The notes under the pieces: generated by a model
What the model saw: the letters and a program-made list of their open reading frames with translations, nothing else
Database searches by the model: none
Told to the model about the DNA's origin: nothing
Part shown: piece after piece, positions 45,453 to 49,742 of the stretch
Layout: every line of letters begins with the position of its first letter
How positions within the stretch are numbered: the stretch's first letter is position 1
Made by a program: the position numbers and the translations under genes
Source of the DNA: a virus
Taxonomy: Duplodnaviria > Heunggongvirae > Uroviricota > Caudoviricetes
DNA: 49,742 nucleotides
IMG/VR virus record: IMGVR_UViG_3300024348_000010
Reading direction: 5' to 3' (one strand)

Positions 45453-46142
45453 TTATCCGTACATTTGATGGTAAGATCGAACCAGATCGGTCGCTTTCTC
45501 AAGGTAGTTTTGAGGTCGTTCCCTAAACACCTGTGCCTCGAGAGAATCATCGACACCGATGATGATCACGATGTCCTTCACTAAGATGCCTGTCATCTCC
45601 CATAGCATGTATGCATAGAGACTGGTCTGTAGAAAGTATCCTTCGATCCATTCCTTACGTTTGAGTTTCGCAGACGTCTTGTAATCGATGATCGACAGAC
45701 GACCGTCGTAGTCTGCTATGAGGTCGCATGAACCTGCTAGCTTGAGATGATCAGAGAACAGAGTGCATTCTGTGGCTCTGATCATGTCGACCTTGTCGTC
45801 AAGGATCATCTTGATCTGGCGGAACATCATCATGTTATGAGGCATCGACGTATCGATGTCATGACCTAACACGTAGTTCTCACACATCGTATGGATGTTC
45901 GTTCCGCGAGTGGCAGCCCGAGATGAAACTCGAGCTGCTTCGTCCTCGCCGACTCTTTTCTTCCAAGCTTCAAGAGCAGATTTATCAGTCATCTTACCGA
46001 GGACGGCGGTGACAGACGGATATCTCTTCCCTTCTGGCGTCTCATAGAGACGTGTTGGACCATCTATCCTTTGCAGCTCCGCAAAGTCTAGCAAATCGTA
46101 TTCGAAACCTTTACGGTTGAAGTCCGAGTTTTTGACGAGCAA
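45453..46142 (-). CDS. Cas4-like / PD-(D/E)XK exonuclease
   Basis: YPSVTAVL...W..RVG...RGT.IH..CE...LAGSCDLI...SIIDYKTS...Y.LQ...YA. TTG start 8 nt after AAGGA. Confidence 0.85.
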   Translation of the reverse strand: MLVKNSDFNRKGFEYDLLDFAELQRIDGPTRLYETPEGKRYPSVTAVLGKMTDKSALEAWKKRVGEDEAARVSSRAATRGTNIHTMCENYVLGHDIDTSMPHNMMMFRQIKMILDDKVDMIRATECTLFSDHLKLAGSCDLIADYDGRLSIIDYKTSAKLKRKEWIEGYFLQTSLYAYMLWEMTGILVKDIVIIIGVDDSLEAQVFRERPQNYLEKATDLVRSYHQMYG

Positions 46143-46863
46143 TTATATATTCCTTCACTAATTTCGATCGAACGATATCCTGTTCGAGAAAGTCAACATG
46201 TACAAAATCATTCAACTTACCGATGACTCGCATGAAGTCTTTCAGTCCGCTGCGTTCTTGGTCCTTCGTAAGATCTGACTGACGAAAGTCGCCGCAGAAC
46301 AATACTCTACAACCCTTGCCAATACGAGTGATCACCGAGTCCAGTTCGTGGAACGTCATGTTATTGACTTCGTCCACGATAACAAAACAGTTGTTCATGG
46401 TAATACCACGAACGAACGACGTTGAGATAAACTCGACTGCGTTCTTCTGCTTGAGGATCTCGTATGCATCGGACCGATCAAACAGTTCGGTGCAGATGGC
46501 ATAGTAAGGTGCCTCATAGACCTTCATCTTTTCCTTCTGGTTTCCAGGAAGAAAACCCATATCTCGTGTTGGTACTACCGATCTTACAATATAAATCTTA
46601 TTTTGTACACCGGTATTTTCCATCATCGATTCGATGGCCTTATACAGAGCAATAAACGTTTTACCTGTACCAGCCATGCCGTGCAACATCAAATGTTTTC
46701 CATCATCAAAAGCATCAAACGCAATGCGCTGGTTTTCTGTGAGTGGATTTATATTTTTTAAATTGAAATTTTGAGTTTTAAATGTCAGCCCTTCTTGTGT
46801 GTCACCATTTTGTCTGGCGATTCTTTTTTCTCTCTTAGTTAAACGAGGTTGGCTATGTTGCAC
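46111..46863 (-). CDS. phoH: PhoH-like ATPase
   Basis: PLTENQ...GMAGTGKTF (Walker A)...RSVVPTRDMGFLPG...STSFVRG.T....VIVDE.NN...ITRIG..C...FCGD..QSDL...DIVRS.LVKEY. Confidence 0.95.
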   Translation of the reverse strand: MQHSQPRLTKREKRIARQNGDTQEGLTFKTQNFNLKNINPLTENQRIAFDAFDDGKHLMLHGMAGTGKTFIALYKAIESMMENTGVQNKIYIVRSVVPTRDMGFLPGNQKEKMKVYEAPYYAICTELFDRSDAYEILKQKNAVEFISTSFVRGITMNNCFVIVDEVNNMTFHELDSVITRIGKGCRVLFCGDFRQSDLTKDQERSGLKDFMRVIGKLNDFVHVDFLEQDIVRSKLVKEYIIARQKLGLQP

Positions 46864-46872
46864 TAGTTGTCC

Positions 46873-47172
46873 TTATTTTTTATTGCGAGCCTTATTCACT
46901 GCCTCTCTGATCTTTGTACTTTTAATATCTTTGTCACCGTGCTGTTGACCGAGTGGGGAGTGTGGGTTAGCATTACCGATTCTATTGAGTAGATCGTTAA
47001 AGCCAGAGTCATTCTTATGAGTCACTCCTGCTATTCCTGATATCACATGAGGTGCACCTATAATCTCTTCGATGTCTGGATTGGCCTCGAGAAAATCGAT
47101 TTTCTGTTGATAGTTAAAGAATTCCTCGAAAACTTCTCCGGTTTCTTTGAGTCTAAATTCGTATATAGGCAT
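46873..47172 (-). CDS. Conserved T4-like phage protein (FmdB-like N-terminus lacking Cys)
   Basis: MPIYEFRLKETGEVFE...GFNDLLNRI...P.S. Confidence 0.65.
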   Translation of the reverse strand: MPIYEFRLKETGEVFEEFFNYQQKIDFLEANPDIEEIIGAPHVISGIAGVTHKNDSGFNDLLNRIGNANPHSPLGQQHGDKDIKSTKIREAVNKARNKK

Positions 47173-47339
47173 TAATAATCTTCATCTTCTATCAGATCTA
47201 AAAGGGTGCTTTTTGCTTTAGAACGAAGAGCAGATCGAAGCCGCTTCTCACTCAAATGCTGACGATGATCGTGTGATGTATTTTTCGAGTCGTCATATTC
47301 TTCATTGTATTTTCTAAAACGCTTAACCGTGTTGCTCAT
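47172..47339 (-). CDS. Small hypothetical protein (55 aa, not in the ORF track)
   Basis: MSNTVKRFRKYNEEYDDSKNTSHDHRQHLSEKRLRSALRSKAKSTLLDLIEDEDY*. It fills the gap and has a TAATG overlap with the next gene. Confidence 0.65.
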   Translation of the reverse strand: MSNTVKRFRKYNEEYDDSKNTSHDHRQHLSEKRLRSALRSKAKSTLLDLIEDEDY

Positions 47340-47751
47340 TTGGAATTAACCCTGGAAAAGCTTCGTTAATTGTTGCGATGTTGAGTCCTTCGACTTTCTT
47401 ATCCTTGACTGCAATCAAAAGATTTGCATCCTTCGGATGAAGAGATTCGAGAAGACCGATGAAAAGCATTTCGCGCTGAACTTGTTTAATGTCAGGACGA
47501 TTGCCGCTGAGGTAAAGAGGAAGTGTACGTGCCTCTTGATAGAGTCTTCCTTCGCTGTCGAGCACTTCGCTCGGCTTATAAGGAGGAGCTCCTTCTGGTA
47601 GCCACCATCCTACGTTAGGATGGAATGCCAATTCAAGGATATACCGAAGTGTTTCATTATCATACTGACGAAGGAGAGAAACCTTTGTCTGTACATCCTT
47701 GGCTTCCTTGACAAGATCAAGGATCTCTGAGATCGCTAATGTTCTTTGCAT
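47323..47751 (-). CDS. Conserved T4-like phage protein (DUF6433-like)
   Basis: ISEIL..V.....K..LL...D...L..IL...F.P.V...LPEG.PPY...E.LFI.LLE.LHP.DA.LLIAVKDK. Confidence 0.75.
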   Translation of the reverse strand: MQRTLAISEILDLVKEAKDVQTKVSLLRQYDNETLRYILELAFHPNVGWWLPEGAPPYKPSEVLDSEGRLYQEARTLPLYLSGNRPDIKQVQREMLFIGLLESLHPKDANLLIAVKDKKVEGLNIATINEAFPGLIPNEQHG

Positions 47752-47752
47752 A

Positions 47753-48604
47753 TTAAAACTCGTTAATGCTTTCTAATAGGAGTTTGAGACGACGTTCGAT
47801 AAAGTAGTTGAAGAGTTTATCTCTTCCTTTACCAGCTTGCTGCTCGTACTGTACGAGCACTTCCTTCTTAATATCAGGAGGAATGAAGTTGAGATCAACG
47901 AGTTGCTGATTACGAAGATAACCGCGCAGCATCTTCTCGTCACAGAATTCCTTTGGATCTGAGTTGAGCCATTGATCTAATTTTTTCTGACTAATAGGTT
48001 TCTGTCTGGCACCGACAACGAACGTGTCATCTGCTGACAAGAAGTTAGGAACACCGTCGCCAGTATCACCGCGAATGATATGTTCTTTGATGAACTTATC
48101 GACGTCGTTCGTCTTACGCCACTTCTTCTGTACAGGATCAAACTGCTGTACGTTCATGTAAGCTTGAAGCTGCACAAAGTCTTTGTCACCAGAAAGAATC
48201 AAGATCTTCTCGTTGGTATTGCCATAGGTTTGTGCAAGAGTGCCGATGATGTCATCAGCTTCGGCGCCATCGACACGAATGACTCGATAAGGAAAGTAAT
48301 CCTTGAGTTCATCGCGGACTTTATTGAGAGTCTCGAATACGGCAGTCCAGTTGATCTCGGACTTCTCACGATTCTTACGACGATTGGCTTTGTAATAGGG
48401 AAATACTTGACGGCGCCAGTTATTACCAGCATCGCATGCGATAATCATCTCGCCGAATTCGTCCTTAAACTTGACATTATAAGCGCGAACAGAGTTTAGC
48501 ACCATGTGTCGTAAAAGATCTTCTTCGATATCTGCATTCGTGTGGTTTCCAAGTTGTATCATTAGATTGGAAATCATAACCTGCGAAAGGTCCATAATAA
48601 TCAT
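47753..48604 (-). CDS. rnh: T4-type RNase H (5'-3' flap exonuclease)
   Basis: IIMDLSQV...LRHMVLNS.R.Y...IACD..NWRR..FPYYKANR...AEADDIIG...ILSGDKDFVQL...GDTGDGVPN. Confidence 0.95.
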   Translation of the reverse strand: MIIMDLSQVMISNLMIQLGNHTNADIEEDLLRHMVLNSVRAYNVKFKDEFGEMIIACDAGNNWRRQVFPYYKANRRKNREKSEINWTAVFETLNKVRDELKDYFPYRVIRVDGAEADDIIGTLAQTYGNTNEKILILSGDKDFVQLQAYMNVQQFDPVQKKWRKTNDVDKFIKEHIIRGDTGDGVPNFLSADDTFVVGARQKPISQKKLDQWLNSDPKEFCDEKMLRGYLRNQQLVDLNFIPPDIKKEVLVQYEQQAGKGRDKLFNYFIERRLKLLLESINEF

Positions 48605-48613
48605 TTCAATTTC

Positions 48614-48964
48614 TCACTCTTCATCTGGTAAAGTATACGTATATTCAATTGTACTGTCTTCATTATATCTAAATTCGAATATGTTGTCAGACATATTATG
48701 AAATGGATGCTCGAGATTATACTGTCTGTGCAACAATGCCTTGATGCCTTCCATGACTAAGGCTACATCTTTGATGTATTTATCGTCATTAATATCTACG
48801 CCGTAGGCTCCGAACATATTAATTATGTCAGGAATCATGTCATTCATGACTCCAGCCACGTGTTCTTTACGAGTCTGAGTAACCTTATCATGAATTTCAT
48901 CTAAGTTCTGAGGCGGCGCCTCGTCGCGCTTGACACCTGGAAATAAGATTACGTTGTCCGTCAT
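48614..48964 (-). CDS. Hypothetical protein
   Basis: 116 aa, co-oriented, with an NVILFP motif near the N-terminus. Confidence 0.7.
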   Translation of the reverse strand: MTDNVILFPGVKRDEAPPQNLDEIHDKVTQTRKEHVAGVMNDMIPDIINMFGAYGVDINDDKYIKDVALVMEGIKALLHRQYNLEHPFHNMSDNIFEFRYNEDSTIEYTYTLPDEE

Positions 48965-49740
48965 TTAATAACCCTTAGTAGAATGGTGTCTTGATTGATT
49001 CGGCCATTCGGCTTCGACTCTACGGTCTTGATCTCGTCCATGAACTTGCGCAGGCTAACTTTACCTGCACCAAGCAACGCTTGAATAGAAACGTCTGGCT
49101 TACGCAAGCTTTTGCTTGTAGAAGTCTCGACGTCATAACCGATCAAGGTAGTGCCTTTGACTTGGATTCCAGCTGGACCACTCGAATCATATCGAGCCAA
49201 CTTCTTGTATTTGGTGTTGTAAGCCCATAGCTGTGTACATCCTACGACCTCTGCTGGATGGACAGAGACAATCTTGAGTGAAGGCTCTTCCTTCTGGTAT
49301 TTAAGGTTCTTGACCAGATCGACAGCAGACTTTGCTTTCTTTTCACGTGGCTTACGAACCTTGACAGCCTTCTTGTTATTTACATAACGATCGATGTCAC
49401 CGAAGAAACTCTGCCAAAAGTTAATCCAAAACTTTAGACGCTTGCCGAAAGCTTCTTGAACTTGCTCGTCATTCGACATAATCTCTGTATATTGAGGACG
49501 ATAATAGTCAGCTACGATGCCGAGAATCTGTGCGTTCAGCTCGTTCGCTTGACAGAAGGTGTACATCGAGAACTCTTTGCCATCGATGACATTATCGAGT
49601 TCTTCTTCGAGACTCGTGATGATGTAGTTGGCCTTCTCACGAATGCGAGCTTGAATATCGACGACAGACTTTGGTGTGTCTTCGACTTCTTCGACAATCT
49701 GAGTAGCTGCCGCAAGGAGATTCTTTACACTATCATTGAA
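48961..49740 (-). CDS. Conserved T4-like phage protein, 3' part (open to the window end)
   Basis: The frame of the 201-aa track ORF stays open to the window end. C-terminal LKYQKE...SVHP....G...LW.YNTKY.KL..Y...GIQVKGTTL.GYD...SKSLRKP. Confidence 0.75.
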   Translation of the reverse strand, partial: FNDSVKNLLAAATQIVEEVEDTPKSVVDIQARIREKANYIITSLEEELDNVIDGKEFSMYTFCQANELNAQILGIVADYYRPQYTEIMSNDEQVQEAFGKRLKFWINFWQSFFGDIDRYVNNKKAVKVRKPREKKAKSAVDLVKNLKYQKEEPSLKIVSVHPAEVVGCTQLWAYNTKYKKLARYDSSGPAGIQVKGTTLIGYDVETSTSKSLRKPDVSIQALLGAGKVSLRKFMDEIKTVESKPNGRINQDTILLRVIK

Positions 49741-49742
49741 GT

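Noticed and set aside
45453-46142. CRISPR-Cas locus suggested by the Cas4-like nuclease
   Set aside because: No repeat-spacer array or other cas genes were seen. Standalone Cas4-like nucleases are common in T4-like phages.
46111-46142. Frameshift fusion of PhoH with the Cas4-like nuclease
   Set aside because: The 32-nt overlap is explained by a TTG start at 46142 with AAGGA 8 nt upstream.

Overview
This is a 49.7-kb segment of a large T4-like myophage genome, with gene order resembling cyanophage/phiM12-type T4-likes. The host is probably an alphaproteobacterium. 1-8.8 kb (minus): tail fibre and virion accessory genes, including a collagen-like fibre with its chaperone and a protein with 94-aa repeats. 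8.9-31 kb (minus): a DUF4815/VrlC-like virion protein and the baseplate module (gp8, gp7, gp6, gp25, two unknowns, lysozyme-less gp5, gp27-like hub, gp53, gp48). 31-38.9 kb (plus): gp4, gp2, gp54, gp26, gp51 and two paralogous tape-measure-like genes, one carrying a transglycosylase and the other an M23 peptidase. 38.9-49.7 kb (minus): gp32, gp59, gp33, a SleB-type hydrolase, a non-coding block, a thermonuclease, small early genes, DUF932, a Cas4-like nuclease, PhoH and RNase H. The main finding is a complete circularly permuted (two-piece, alphaproteobacterial-type) tmRNA gene at about 41.6-41.9 kb. It has a G3-U70 acceptor stem, encodes the tag ANDNDSFADIRLAA, and sits under overlapping early-type and T4 late promoter motifs. 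Downstream is a separately promoted, hairpin-rich 250-nt leader or ncRNA. Also notable are a probable -1 frameshift fusing gp26 to gp51, nested repeat domains in gp7, and dense N-X-S/T sequons in the fibre proteins. Family assignments come from recognising motifs by eye; no database searches were run.
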